A DNA stretch of 64,000 nt from Octopus vulgaris (GCA_951406725.2 OX597814.1:167462001-167526000); one strand, 5' to 3'; positions 52,527 to 61,079 are shown, counted from the first letter of the stretch. Notes: generated by a model from the letters alone, not told the origin. Numbers and translations are program-made.

Positions 52527-53927
52527 CCTGGGACGTAGTCAGTTCACCTGTGCATACCTTCCTTCTTGTGACACTTGTGAAGACCTGTTGAGGCAAGTGA
52601 AAATCAAAACAAATCAAAATAGATGAACATCAATGGAATTTGTATCTTTGTGGTACCAGTGCCGGTGGCACACAAGAAAACCATCCGAACGTGGCCGTAG
52701 CCAGTACCGCATCGACTGGCCTCCGTGCTGTGGGCACGTAACAAACACCATCCGATCGTGGCCGTTCGCCAGCCTCATCTGGCACCTGTGTCGGTGGCAC
52801 ATAAAAACACCATCCGAGCGTGGCCGTCTGCCAGCCTCGTCTGGCACCTGTGTCGGTGGCACATAAAATCACCCACTACACTCTCGTACCTTGGATCACA
52901 GGACGGCCTGCTGTGTTTACCTTGGATTGTAGGGCGACCTGCTGTGGTTGAGGAGACCTATTGAGCCAAGTACATCAATATCAAAAAATCAAATGGAAAT
53001 TGTAGTTGTGATACCATTGGCACGTAAAAAGCACCATCTGAATGTGGCCGATGCCAGTGCCGCCTTGACTGGCTTCTGTGCTGGCGGCACATAAAAAGCA
53101 CCAACCTATCGTGGCCGTTGCCAGCCTTCCCTGGCCCCTGTGCCAGTGGCACATAAAAAGCACCCATTACACTCACAGTGTGGTTGGCATTAGGAAGGGC
53201 ATCCAGCTGTAGAAACACTTCCAGATTAGACTGGAGCCTGGAGCCAGACCCCAGTCGAACCATACAACCCATGCTAGCATGGAAAATGGACGTTAAACGA
53301 TGATGATGATGATACAATGTAAAGGTTTTTCTCTGTAAAAATAAGGAAAAAAAAACAAGGTGTCCATAAATTACAGACATCACTAAATTATATTTTTTTG
53401 ATAACATAATAGGTTAGATAGGATGATGTCTATATTACAATAACCAATAATATGTTGTGCATGTATAGTAGTATTACAATCATGAAATTAGCATTAGCTT
53501 ATCACCTGGAACTCCGGTTGAAAGACAGTGAACTAAAGCATGATAGAGGGTCAGCAACATGTGTTTTGCTGTAAGGGAGATAATAGTTACTCTAGTTGGA
53601 AAAGGGAGATGATGAGGAAGTTGTGTCATGGAATTGCTTTCTGTCTCAGAAGTCATTATCAGTATTGACTTTCTCAGTATAATTATTAAAGAAGAATAGA
53701 ACTGAAGTTACATTAATAGATCTAGTATTTTCCTTTGATTGATTTTTTCCTTTTTTTCAGAGTGGTTGAATTAACTGGAGATTTTACTCCTGATATGAAA
53801 TCAATTGCTAACGCTGACCTTATTGTGACAACACCTGAGAAATGGGATGGTGTTAGTCGAAGCTGGCAAACAAGAACTTACGTCAAAGATGTAGCTTTGT
53901 TGGTTATTGATGAAATTCATCTTCTCG
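654..53927 (+). CDS. ASCC3: Activating signal cointegrator 1 complex subunit 3 (Ski2-like helicase), partial multi-exon gene, 21 exons in window
   Basis: Spliced exons give one open frame with [32 protein letters not shown], a Sec63 region, then APTGSGKT and DEIH. Runs such as [11 protein letters not shown] and WDGVSRSWQ match ASCC3 rather than SNRNP200. All junctions are GT-AG and phases are consistent. Confidence 0.96.
903..1028 (+). CDS. ASCC3: ASCC3 exon 2
   Basis: aacag| [21 protein letters not shown]...DDLDE |gtaata. Confidence 0.92.
1878..2462 (+). mobile_element. Decayed fragment of the PHD-bearing RTE LINE family (RT C-terminus)
   Basis: Homologous to 22500-23150 and 34590-35180 ([31 protein letters not shown]); frameshifted. 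Confidence 0.85.
2682..2882 (+). CDS. ASCC3: ASCC3 exon 3 (Q motif, Walker A)
   Basis: tttcag| [17 protein letters not shown]...APTGAGKT...DQFK |gttggt. Confidence 0.95.
3559..3850 (+). mobile_element. RTE-family 3' UTR fragment followed by TA/CA microsatellite
   Basis: gtgccagtggcac-aaaaagca units, then gcatccagctgtag...ccagcatgga...(atg)n tail, as at 35520-35835. Confidence 0.8.
3991..4131 (+). CDS. ASCC3: ASCC3 exon 4
   Basis: ctttag| [14 protein letters not shown]...[17 protein letters not shown] |gtaaat. Confidence 0.95.
4340..4504 (+). CDS. ASCC3: ASCC3 exon 5 (DEVH box)
   Basis: ttttag| [15 protein letters not shown]...DEVHLL...RTLRQ |gtatgt. Confidence 0.96.
5198..5640. mobile_element. 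Probable mariner-type MITE with a nested SINE A (about 5385-5570, +)
   Basis: Imperfect TIRs ttgggttgtctgataaattc / gaaatttatctgatcactcag. Confidence 0.5.
5832..6307 (-). mobile_element. SINE A copy with a local tandem duplication (5939-6120 and 6121-6307)
   Basis: Near-identical direct repeat of about 182 bp spanning the SINE 5' half and its flank. Confidence 0.85.
6605..6820 (-). repeat. Dispersed repeat family E with (AAC)n tail; other copies near 9245-9600, 16405-16620, 51770-51930
   Basis: Recurrent ttgttgtttag...tctaggactacattat...gatttggctgctatttctagcagg blocks. Confidence 0.6.
6915..7071 (+). CDS. ASCC3: ASCC3 exon 6
   Basis: ttttag| [20 protein letters not shown]...[10 protein letters not shown] g|gtgaat. 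Confidence 0.95.
7205..7592 (-). mobile_element. SINE family B (tRNA-like head, central TG/TA microsatellite, CR1-like tail)
   Basis: Homologous to 28985-29405. Confidence 0.8.
8185..8392 (+). mobile_element. RTE-family 3' end fragment
   Basis: ggcgtcaggaagggcatccagc...catgccagcatgga...atgatgatga. Confidence 0.75.
8785..8876 (+). CDS. ASCC3: ASCC3 exon 7
   Basis: ctctag|ga [30 protein letters not shown] |gtaaca; phase matches exon 6. Confidence 0.93.
10249..10371 (+). CDS. ASCC3: ASCC3 exon 8
   Basis: ccccag| [15 protein letters not shown]...PQGRRSGLP |gtacgt. Confidence 0.88.
10966..11213 (+). mobile_element. RTE-family 3' end fragment
   Basis: Same terminal block as 35660-35835. Confidence 0.8.
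11218..11680 (-). mobile_element. SINE B head with RTE-type tail (variant B2)
   Basis: Head 11520-11680 matches SINE B; 11218-11320 matches the RTE terminal block. Confidence 0.7.
11892..12083 (+). CDS. ASCC3: ASCC3 exon 9
   Basis: ctgtag| [24 protein letters not shown]...[16 protein letters not shown] |gttatt. Confidence 0.92.
13442..13666 (+). CDS. ASCC3: ASCC3 exon 10 (motif VI)
   Basis: ttacag| [10 protein letters not shown]...[12 protein letters not shown]...DNLNAE |gtaggt. Confidence 0.96.
14412..14611 (+). mobile_element. 5'-truncated RTE-like LINE 3' end (second family) with (ACAAGT)n tail
   Basis: 11-bp TSD catagcaaact at 14401-14411 and 14612-14622; terminus shared with 18913-19155. 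Confidence 0.8.
14787..15002. mobile_element. Mariner-derived MITE (family D)
   Basis: ta|cgagggggtgctgaaaagttcctgg ... ccaggaacctttcagtaccactc TIRs; other copies at 51511 and 61369. Confidence 0.85.
15128..15247 (+). CDS. ASCC3: ASCC3 exon 11
   Basis: ttctag| [25 protein letters not shown]...NKLE |gtaatt. Confidence 0.95.
15388..15655 (+). mobile_element. Decayed tRNA-derived SINE related to family C
   Basis: Shares gatcgt-aggt...ttgagcaa...ttgctcca-ttcactcagctg with 40217-40360. Confidence 0.6.
16731..16895 (+). CDS. ASCC3: ASCC3 exon 12
   Basis: ttgcag| [10 protein letters not shown]...[19 protein letters not shown] |gtaatt. Confidence 0.95.
17225..17452. mobile_element. MITE with about 34-bp TIRs (family F)
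   Basis: cgttgctattatgcaaaagtgttgtaagtccaaa ... tttggacatacaacagtttgacattatagcaac; second copy at 28658. Confidence 0.75.
17616..18025 (+). mobile_element. SINE variant B2 (tRNA-like head, RTE-type tail)
   Basis: Box A-like tagctgtgtgg and box B-like ggttcagttcc; tail ggttggtgacaggaaaggcatccagc...gcatggaa. Confidence 0.7.
18230..19760 (+). mobile_element. Full-length decayed mariner transposon with nested LINE end
   Basis: TA-flanked TIRs cgaggagttatcaaaaagttccc / gggaactttttgatactacctca; remnants [18 protein letters not shown] and an SPDLAP-like motif. Confidence 0.9.
18913..19155 (+). mobile_element. RTE-like LINE 3' end inserted in the mariner transposase
   Basis: 9-bp TSD agcagtcgt at 18904-18912 and 19156-19164; removing the insert restores [14 protein letters not shown]. 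Confidence 0.85.
19939..20025 (+). CDS. ASCC3: ASCC3 exon 13
   Basis: tttcag| [29 protein letters not shown] |gtaatt. Confidence 0.92.
20175..20378 (+). mobile_element. RTE-family 3' end fragment (decayed)
   Basis: gggcatctagc...catccaacccatgctggtatgga...atgatgatg. Confidence 0.7.
21430..21606 (+). CDS. ASCC3: ASCC3 exon 14
   Basis: ttatag| [10 protein letters not shown]...[13 protein letters not shown]...SDQAFVAQ |gtaaga. Confidence 0.95.
21763..25339 (-). mobile_element. Near full-length RTE-clade LINE (APE endonuclease + RT with embedded PHD finger + 3' UTR)
   Basis: ORFs 24181-25398 ([24 protein letters not shown]), 22629-24239 ([18 protein letters not shown]) and 22356-22622 ([15 protein letters not shown]); one frameshift near 24195 and one stop at 22629; (ATG)n tail at 21763-21780. 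Confidence 0.95.
25420..25648 (+). CDS. ASCC3: ASCC3 exon 15
   Basis: ttgcag| [18 protein letters not shown]...MTSKEI g|gtgagt. Confidence 0.95.
25735..26135 (-). mobile_element. 5' fragment of mariner, same family as 59003
   Basis: [19 protein letters not shown] in ORF 25829-26038; homologous to 59080-59530. Confidence 0.8.
26214..26420 (-). mobile_element. RTE-family 3' end next to (TA)n
   Basis: Reverse complement of the terminal block. Confidence 0.75.
26737..26891 (+). CDS. ASCC3: ASCC3 exon 16
   Basis: tactag|gt LMIHHQKMG...[11 protein letters not shown]...WDDK |gtaatc. Confidence 0.94.
26987..27204. mobile_element. piggyBac-like MITE
   Basis: TTAA on both sides (26983-26986, 27205-27208); termini ccttttcattac / ataacaaaaggg. 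Confidence 0.7.
27780..27915. repeat. CT-rich minisatellite, about 38-bp unit, about 3.5 copies
   Basis: ctcttgcactctcgttctctcccattcactctctcttt repeated. Confidence 0.85.
28175..28338 (+). mobile_element. RTE-family 3' end followed by (TA)n
   Basis: tgtccaacccatgccagcatggaaag...atgatgat. Confidence 0.75.
28658..29862. mobile_element. MITE family F interrupted by a hAT-like MITE (28890-29842), which contains a SINE B
   Basis: Host matches 17225-17452; insert ends cagggg...cccta with 8-bp TSD gtttaaga / gtttaaca. Confidence 0.75.
28985..29405 (-). mobile_element. Full-length SINE family B
   Basis: Minus-strand head ggagtggctgtgtggtaag...ggttcagtcccac (A/B boxes), ccttgggcaa core, (TG)n, tail ggcggtgctccagcatggcc...gaaac with (gtaaaaga)n. 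Confidence 0.9.
29958..30920. mobile_element. Non-autonomous DNA transposon with about 140-bp TIRs and TTAA flanks (Kolobok-like); nested RTE 3' end at 30186-30527 (-)
   Basis: ttaa|agtagtgagtaaaggcaaa ... tttgcctttcctcactgct|ttaa; TIRs about 29958-30100 and 30780-30920. Confidence 0.7.
31110..31332 (+). mobile_element. CR1/L2-group LINE 3' end within (TA)n
   Basis: Translates [37 protein letters not shown] then stop; 3' hairpin and (gaaat)n tail. Confidence 0.75.
32033..32131 (+). CDS. ASCC3: ASCC3 exon 17
   Basis: ttgtag| [33 protein letters not shown] |gtaagt. Confidence 0.94.
32225..32420 (-). mobile_element. SINE B 3' half
   Basis: tggccatactggagcacc...ctgctaagttacagaggacataaac. Confidence 0.75.
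32757..35835 (+). mobile_element. 5'-truncated, decayed RTE LINE of the PHD-bearing family
   Basis: ORF fragments 32658-35313 parallel the 21763-25339 copy (FVAGDFN, QFGFVPG, YADD, WPCSIC, RLRWYGH); many stops; 3' UTR and (ATG)n tail. Confidence 0.95.
35895..36059 (-). mobile_element. SINE B 5' half (tRNA-like head)
   Basis: Minus strand aggcgcaggagtggctgtgtggtaag...ggttcagtcccact. Confidence 0.85.
36071..37550 (-). mobile_element. Probable Penelope-like non-coding remnant with hammerhead motif, internal tandem duplication (about 36250-36650) and inverted segment
   Basis: Hammerhead motif plus AATAAA at one end, TA-rich flanks, inverted TG/CA blocks; family assignment is inference. Confidence 0.5.
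36153..36197 (-). ncRNA. Minimal type I hammerhead ribozyme-like motif (U3-A8 variant)
   Basis: ttactt-TTGACAA-tcttt(ttcc)aaaga-gt-GAAAC-cg-GTA-aagtaa. Confidence 0.6.
39365..39460 (-). mobile_element. SINE B 3' tail fragment
   Basis: tactcttttacttgtttcagtcatttgactg...gcaccgcctttagtcgagcaaatc. Confidence 0.8.
39470..39790 (-). pseudogene. Fragment resembling the N-terminal region of a Penelope-like element ORF
   Basis: ORF 39426-39725: [32 protein letters not shown] resembles the FK-x-K-PP...FE-DL block upstream of Penelope RTs; recalled similarity, not searched. Confidence 0.55.
40217..40556 (+). mobile_element. Intact tRNA-derived SINE (family C)
   Basis: Box A tggctcagtgg, box B gctcgaatccc, CpG-rich, T-run end, flanking direct repeat actatgaata (40197-40206, 40557-40566). 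Confidence 0.85.
40815..41480 (+). mobile_element. RTE-BovB-like RT fragment without PHD insert
   Basis: [10 protein letters not shown]...INFKKTKIM...[12 protein letters not shown]...[19 protein letters not shown]. Confidence 0.85.
41860..42028 (+). CDS. ASCC3: ASCC3 exon 18
   Basis: ttacag| [20 protein letters not shown]...[11 protein letters not shown] a|gtaagt. Confidence 0.95.
42085..42471. mobile_element. SINE B 3' half (-, about 42085-42290) next to an RTE 3' end (+, 42321-42471)
   Basis: Matches the respective families elsewhere in the window. Confidence 0.75.
42512..42689 (-). mobile_element. Short hammerhead-bearing element inside (TA)n, probably a Penelope pseudo-LTR fragment
   Basis: About 180-bp insert bounded by (TA)n on both sides; contains motif 42603-42638. 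Confidence 0.55.
42603..42638 (-). ncRNA. Minimal type I hammerhead ribozyme-like motif (A6U variant, probably decayed)
   Basis: cttt-CTGTAGA-a-gagc(gtag)gctc-GAAAt-GTA-aaag. Confidence 0.55.
42727..43917 (-). mobile_element. Decayed mariner transposon with both TIRs (Hsmar1-like)
   Basis: TA-flanked TIRs tcaggttggtgcaaaagtaatg / cattacttttgcaccaacctga; [29 protein letters not shown]. Confidence 0.93.
43951..44676 (+). mobile_element. RTE-family 3' UTR with a 170-bp duplication and an expanded array of about 65-bp hairpin units
   Basis: Units near 44068, 44238, 44302, 44368, 44434, 44500, then the standard terminal block. Confidence 0.85.
44696..44815. repeat. 25-bp tandem repeat, about 4.7 copies
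   Basis: gctagcaaatttagacaaaccgtga starting at 44701, 44726, 44751, 44776, 44801. Confidence 0.95.
45325..45559 (-). mobile_element. Possible non-autonomous Helitron 5' region
   Basis: Minus strand starts TCtgtaaatataaagctgagaatgtgtgtttgtctgtctg, resembling animal Helitron termini. Confidence 0.4.
47112..47930 (-). mobile_element. Decayed CR1/Zenon-like LINE, RT C-terminus and 3' end
   Basis: [15 protein letters not shown]...IQRRA and [13 protein letters not shown]...LQQFKWNIN in ORFs 47567-47767 and 47035-47331. Confidence 0.75.
48515..48735 (+). CDS. ASCC3: ASCC3 exon 19 (second Walker A)
   Basis: ttgcag|ag LLDLNPLP...FNPVQTQ...APTGSGKT...KKAK |gtattt. Confidence 0.95.
49380..49595 (-). 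mobile_element. Decayed SINE B head with internal duplication
   Basis: tgtaaggcattggtca...gaggacacttgcccaa occurs twice. Confidence 0.65.
51150..51235 (+). CDS. ASCC3: ASCC3 exon 20
   Basis: tttcag| [28 protein letters not shown] aa|gtaagt. Confidence 0.95.
51511..51728. mobile_element. Mariner MITE family D inserted in a SINE B remnant
   Basis: TIRs tgagagggtgctgaaaagt / acttttcagcacctccctca followed by ta. Confidence 0.85.
52527..53312 (+). mobile_element. Two fused RTE-family 3' UTRs (junction near 52886)
   Basis: First resembles the reverse complement of 30350-30520 and stops at cactacactctcg; second closely matches 35420-35835. Confidence 0.85.
53761..53927 (+). CDS. ASCC3: ASCC3 exon 21 (second DEIH box); next exon not found in window
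   Basis: tttcag|a [11 protein letters not shown]...WDGVSRSWQ...IDEIHLL g|gtgagt. Confidence 0.95.
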
Positions 53928-56869
53928 GTGAGTTATTTTTTATGCTTAATTACATCTTTTATTGCCACATAAGCTACAAATTTAGTACAATACGACAATT
54001 TACAAAAATGGCTGTAGTTTTATATTCAGTGTGTGAGATTGAAAGATGTAAGCAAAGATGCGGTAGCAAGGTATGGGTGATATTTTCCACTCTCACCCAC
54101 CTTTCAGCAAATTAAAAGCAATACAGTTGCAGTCATACTTTTGGAAGAATCCTATTAAGTTTGTTAATTATTTGTATCTCAGATCAATATACTCATTATC
54201 AATATTTTACACCTTCTTTCCATGTTGGCATGGGTTAGATGAGTTGTCATGGTCCAGTTTGAGGTTACTACTCTCCTAGATGGATTGGAGTACCACATCT
54301 AGCTCATACATTCTATTCTGGCATACTTCCTGTTGCTAGATGCCCTTCTTGTACTTTTTACAGAATGTACTGGATGTATTATAATGTGGCACCATCAGCA
54401 TTAGAGAGGTTGTAATGTTCTTGACAAACCTGAACTGTCTTCTTACCCTATATTGTCTGCATTCATTTGTCAATCTTTTTACAACATGTATTAGGTGCAT
54501 TTTATCTTGGTACCAGTATTAAGAGAGAGATAATCCCTGTCAGATTAAAGAGTCCTCCCTTCTGTAGGTTATTTATGTTCTTTCAAGACAAATGTGACTA
54601 AGTGGGTGAACAGAAGAGAGTGATAACAGAACCAAGTTGAGAAGGTGACAGAATAGAGAGTATAGGTATGATGGGAGAAACAGATAGAAACAAGAGTGGG
54701 TCATGAAAGAGAGGCAGTGAATTCCAGCTACATATTGGTTATTGGTAAGGATATTGAATAAAAAAGCTTCATCTACATTCTTCTGGGGGAAGAAAAAGTA
54801 ATATGGAGGAAACTAAATGGTGGAGGATGGAGTAATGGAAGCAATGGAGAGTGATATATGTTAATAAAGAGTGACAGAAGAAAAACTAATAAGAGAGAGA
54901 ATGAAGGATAGAAAATTAATTGTGAAAATGGACAGTGATAAAAGAGCAAATAATTGGTAGTAGTAACAGAGAAGCAGTGGTAAGAGAGAGTGATGGATGA
55001 CAGTAGAATGTGACATGGAGGAGAGAGAATGACAGCACTAGAGAATGGTAATAGTAGGGGATATGAGATGGACAAATTAGATAATATAATTCTATGGAAG
55101 CTATATGTGCATGAAAAACAAAAAAAGGTAGATATGAGAAGAATGCTTTTGATCAGAGTTCTCTGCACTATTAAGGTTGACCTGAAGCTAAACATTAGCA
55201 CCATTAACTGGATATACACTCACATCAGCTGAAAAGTTCAGCAGATAAGCAGAATATTTAATCCGTTTTTCTGTAGCTCTCTGTTTTGTCCTCCACCAGT
55301 TAAGACCTTTTTTTTTCAAGTTATTAAATGTTACATATTGTATTTCAGTGTTTTCCTAATATCCAACATCATGACTGGACTACTGTTTTTTATGTTTCTT
55401 ACCTACATCAACTCTTTTTCTCCTAATTTTTCATCTGCCAAAGTGCCTATAAATCATTATATATTATAATAGGAAATCAGTTGAGATAGACACAAGACAA
55501 TTGTCCTTGTTACCTCTCATAGAGACCAAATTAAGGGTTGTGTCATCTTAGCACTTCCTGCATGTTTTCTGGTTCCTAGTATGCTATCAAAGGACTGTAG
55601 TAGGTGAGTAAATTTGAAAGAAAAGATTGGATTGTTGAATCCTGGATCTCAGAAATCAAATGTTCAAACAAAAATAGCTAAATATTTTGAGGGTAAAAAA
55701 GTTAAAAAGGAATGGCATCATTTTTAAAGAATAAGGTAACAGAATTTAGCAACAATATGAGGTATAAAGGCTACTAGGTCTGGGCTAGCAGTAACCAATG
55801 TTAGTGAAAGCATCTTTTATTCAGCCATCATAGAAAAGTAGTTGTTGCATAAGCATGGAGCCAGATGTTAAAATGTTGATGGAACTGATAAACAAGCAAT
55901 GCTAAAAGACAGAACTGAAAAAAAAACGGAAACTGAGTAGTAGTTTAAACAATCATGTTTAGTGTATGTGCAAAGTAACAATATAATATCTCAAGAAAAG
56001 TGATGAAAATAAGTTGATATTTTTTTGTCCATAAGTTTCTTTCTTTCTATTTGATACTGTACTGCACATTGGTTTGTGCAGTAGTCTATCAGTTTTTTTT
56101 TGAGAAGAGTTTACTGGCACTCTTTTCTCCTACTCAACCATTGTCCATCCATTTCTGAGGGAGAGATACTGTAAGTTGTTCTCCCTCTTTCATGACCTCT
56201 TTTGCAGCTCAGTGTAGCCAATAAGGTGGGAGAGAAAGAATTGACTTCATTGTTTCCAGTACTTCCCTGCTTTATATTTATTAACTTTGGAACTTGAAAA
56301 CCGAAGTTGACTTCAATGGAATTTGAATTCAATGCACAGAAAGCCGGAACAGATATCAAAAGACTCCCTACCAGACATTCTAATAACTGCCATTTTGCTA
56401 CCTCAGCCTTAAGTTTTAGAGCATTAAAGATTTGTATCACTTACTCTGATATAGTATGCTCACTTGTCCACTTCTGTCACCAAGCTACAATTGCTGAAAA
56501 CTTCCTCATTTCAACTTGGTAGGATAACTGTACACCCTACATCCTCCTTCCCTGCATCTGCCTACACAATGGAGACAACCTTTATGCCCAGTCAAATTAT
56601 CTCTATTCTCCTAAGTTTGTAGTGATAGCTACCTCCTTACATTAGATCATGGAGTCACACTTTATCAGATTGCCACTGTTCTCTTCCACCTCTCATTTTG
56701 TAGCCTGGCCACCTCTTCCATCAGATTGCTGAAACAACTTTTATTGTCAGCAGTTTTAGGTGTCTATTCAAAGTACTCTAGTTGTTGAAGCCACACCTTC
56801 CCTCTTCTGAAACTATGGACTGACAAAGCTGCTCTGCCATAGAGAGGGCAATCCTTAGAAAGTTGGATT

Positions 56870-58230
56870 TCCTGTACAAACACTGTTATAAAACACGTGC
56901 AGGAAATATGGACCCTGGAAGCTACGATAAAGTTAGCTTATCTAAAAGAGCAATAACTATGTAGCAACTACAGAGTCATCAAGTTAATGGACAAAGTTAT
57001 GAAAATAGCAAGAAGTTGTAGCATATTGGAAAGGAAATTAGTGTAGATTAGATGCAGTTTGCATTTGTACCAAGGCAGGGTAGCACTGATTTTATGATGA
57101 TCATCATCATCACCATCATCATCTTTTAACATCTGTTCTCTATACTAACACAGGGTGGCTGGTTTGATTTGACAGGAATTGGCCTGCTGGAGAGCTACCC
57201 AGGCTCTATTTGTCTGTCTTGGCATGGTCTCTACCACTGGATGTCTTTTCTAATACAAACCACTTTACAGAATGTAGTAGGTGCTTTTATGTGGTACCAG
57301 CATGGGGGCTTTTATTTGGTACTGACCTGGGCACTTTTATGTGGTGTTGGCACAGGTGCTTTTATGTGTCATAAACCAGTTCAAAGAAGGCTTTTATTCA
57401 AACTTTATTTCTGCTTGCCATCTAATCCATTAATCACAGCTGTCTGATGATTAAAACACTTTGATTTATATTATGTAAAGACAGTATCTATCTATCAATG
57501 TCATTTAACAGTATGCTGCATTTTTGTACTCAATACAAAATAAGATATCTATATTTTTAACTATTATTTACTATTGTAGAAAGGAATTAATGATAGGATA
57601 TAATTCATAACAATGTGGTACTAGCACACATGATCCCTCAAGACTAGGATCTCTCACCTGAGAGAGGGATGTAGAGGACATGTCTGTATGCATGGACAGC
57701 CATGATTTTACTTAGCTTGATATGTCTTCTCAAACACAGCAAACCACCAGATGTCTTAGCCCCTTGTCTGAGGCCCAATGTCTGAAGATCGTTTCTCATC
57801 ACTTAGTCCCACATCTTCCTGGGTCTACCCCTTCCATATGTTCTCTCCACAATTAGAGATTGACACCCTATTTTAAATCACTTTACACAAGTTCTTAGTT
57901 GAGAGCAAACCATGACACTTAGCAGACTTTGACTTGAATAATGTCTTTAACAGGTTTCTGTGATTTGTAGCTAGGTGGTGACTTAGAAATGTGTTTGAAG
58001 AACAGTGTAGGCCATGTGCAGGGATAATGCCTGCAAGATGAGATTTAGCATTGAATTCAGTAACAAATCTAGTGTATAGGTTGATGTCCATTAGGGACTG
58101 GTCCTCAACTCTCTCCTGTTCATTATAGTTCTCTGGGCTATATATTGAGGCATTAAATAATGGTTGTGTGTGGGAAGTCTTGCATGATGATAACCTAGTA
58201 GTCGTAACTGAATCAGTCAAACAGTTTTTG
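56870..58230. mobile_element. Highly decayed RTE fragments in mixed orientation
   Basis: NYRVIKLMDKVMK and MQFAFVP remnants (+), 3' ends at 57100-57372 and 57660-57870 (-), YADD-region remnant near 58080-58215 (+). Confidence 0.6.
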
Positions 58231-59002
58231 ATCCACACAGTTTTAACAACTATAAGCTTATTTGCTTATTTTTCTTTTCTGTACAATCTTGTTGGATGTT
58301 AAACCTAATCTACCATTCCTTTTAATACTACCACTTGGACCTTAGATACTTTTAGCAGAGTCTACTTTGTTGCAAACATTTAGGTTTGGTCCCCCAGTTT
58401 GATAAGTCCTTCCTCTCAATAGTCTTATATCTGTACTTTTTATATATTTAGTATATTTCTAGACTTGTTATTGAATTCAGTGAAAAATTCTTTTGAATAA
58501 GTATGTAGTTTGAAATCACGTTGGCACTTTTAAAGCTGTTGTGCTTCCATCAGGATTCTCCATTTATAAAACATTACAAAATTTTGTCAATTCTCACATG
58601 GTGAAATTTTGATTTTTAAGGTATTTTTTGCTGCTCCTTCTTTTTCTTATTGTGAAAGATTGCTTAAGTTTAAACAAATCTACAAATGGATTTTCAATCC
58701 AAAGTTAGCTTTCAAGTGGAAACTACTTTCTTATTGATCTAAACATATTGAACAAATGGTGCATTATTGAATCTTCATCTTGGTTACAGGAGATTGTGTT
58801 TGACAGCAAACAAAGATCCAATGTTTTCAAAACATTCAGTATCACTCTTAGCAACAAAGTCATCTCAGAATTTTAGCTTTCACTTAACATTTTAACATTT
58901 AAATCAACCATGTCTGGCTAAAATATTCAACCTGTTTTATGTTTAAACCGGACAGATTTAGCCTTTCATTCCTACCCTTTAATGTTATTCTAAAAATAAA
59001 TA

Positions 59003-60185
59003 TTGGGTCATCCCTTAAATAATGCAGCTTTTTCAATTGCATCAACCTAAAAGTCAGAGGGGGACGGGATAAACTACCTGCATCAACTTGCTATAAAAGC
59101 AGGTAGTAATTTTACCTTGTACTTTTTCCTTGTGCTAGAGTGCAGTTCAATTCTAACAGTTATTTTTTCAAAGCTATAATTTAAGTGACAAAAGAACATA
59201 TTCAGCATATTCTATTTTATGAGTTCAATAAAGGCAAGAACGTAACGGAAAGTGCAAGGAATATTAATGCAGTATATGAAGATCAGACAGTAAGTGTAAG
59301 CCAGTGTCAACAGTTGTTCCCGAAATTCTGAGCTGGGAACTACAAACTAAAAGACAAGCCTCATCCTGGAAGAACTGTAGAGCTTGGCGAGGATATTCTG
59401 CAAGCCCTGGTGGAACAAAATCCCATTATGACTGTTGAGGAACTAGCAGAAAGGCTTGGATTTGGTCATTCAACCATTCATCGACACCTGTATGCCATCG
59501 GAAATGTCAGCAAATTGGGTCAATGGGTTCCCAACAAACTTCTGAGTCTAATCACGTGCAGAGAGTGAATGAGTGCTCTTCTTTGTTGTCATGTCTCACG
59601 AATGAACCTTTTTTGGACTGAATAGTGAGTGGTGACGAGAAATGGGTTCTTTATAAAAATGTCAAGTGCCGAAGACCATGGGTAAGGAAAGGAAAAACAC
59701 TGGCACCCCAGGCTAAAGAAAGTCTTCACCCACATAAGTTGTTGTTTTTTGTTTGGTGGGATATGAAAGATTTAGTCCTCTCTGAACTTTTGAACCCAAA
59801 CCAAACAGCTTGAGCAGCTTAGGTCAGCACTAAAAGAACAATAACTGTCTTTGGTTTCAAGACAAAAGATGTTCTATCAGGATAATCCTCGGCTACATAC
59901 AGCAAGGGTAACATTTCAAAGGCTGGAGCAGTTTGAATGGGAAACGATGCCCCATGCACCATATTCGCCGGACATTGTCCCATCTGATTATCATTTATTC
60001 CACAGTCTTTAAAATCATTTGAACGGAAAAAATATGAATTCTGTAGACGAGGTTAGATTAGAACAGGAGGAGTATTTTTCACCACAGATAAGTGAATTTT
60101 GGAAGAGGAACATTGCAAGTCCACCAGATAGATGGAAGAGCATTGTAGAAAATTAAGGAGAGTATATTTTAGATTAAAAAAGAAC
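59003..60185 (+). mobile_element. Decayed mariner transposon, 3' TIR not found
   Basis: ta|ttgggtcatcccttaaataatgc; transposase remnants SGDEKWVLY, FVWWD, HAPYSPDIVPSDYHLF. Confidence 0.88.
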
Positions 60186-61079
60186 TTGCATTTATTTTAC
60201 TTTGGACTTCTAAACATATTATACTGATAGCTTGCATTGCAAGATTAATCTCAAATACATTAAAATATCAGAAGTAAGATTCAAGTAAATATATTAGCAA
60301 GATAGATAATGTTTTTCTATCAAACATTGATATTTTAGCTTTGTTAAATGCCCAAAAAATATTCAGATAAAAACAGGCCAGTTTCTTTGGTTTGAAAAAG
60401 AAAAAACTGTACCAACACTTTTTCTCATGATAGCTAGTGTATTTCATATAGTAATAAAATCTCTGCATTTAGTGGTTTGAGTTAATAAAATTGCAGTATC
60501 GTATATTCTTGCAACAGAATCGAAAATTTCTATCACAGTTTGAAATTGATCCCCTCCCCCCACCATAAATGAGTTAAATAAAATATTGTTTCCCCTGTAG
60601 CATGATTCTTTGTAGAGTGACAGATTAATAATTCTTCTTCAATGCTACTTTAATAAAATTGGGTATAAGCATAAGCAAATCTGACAAACCAAGCAACATT
60701 TCTTTATTCAACCCATCTTATCAGTTCAGCTTCACAAAAAAGTGACATTCTGATATTTCATGAACATGCCTTGAAACTGTGACTGTCATTAGAAAGTAGA
60801 TCTGGATTTAAGCTGTTGCTACTTAAAGCCTTTCCACATTCAACTTGTATTTGGTTTTGAAGTAAATAATTATATACATTACAAACATAATGTAAGGATA
60901 AAATTGGATGGTTTGGTATGAATAAAAACATTTAATTCCAGATAACTATAATTTTAGGCATAGCTTTTTTTTTTTTTTCATTTGCCATACATTCTACCAA
61001 ATGCACAGATCTTTATTATGGTTTCTGCAGCCATATGTGCTTTGCTTGCTGTTGCTAGTTGATAGTAATGTGATTTGAA

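Noticed and set aside
799-53760. Minor (U12) or non-canonical introns
   Set aside because: All 20 internal introns are GT-AG and none has the RTATCCTT donor.
654-53927. SNRNP200/Brr2 as the identity of the helicase
   Set aside because: The domain layout is the same, but diagnostic stretches ([46 protein letters not shown]) follow ASCC3.
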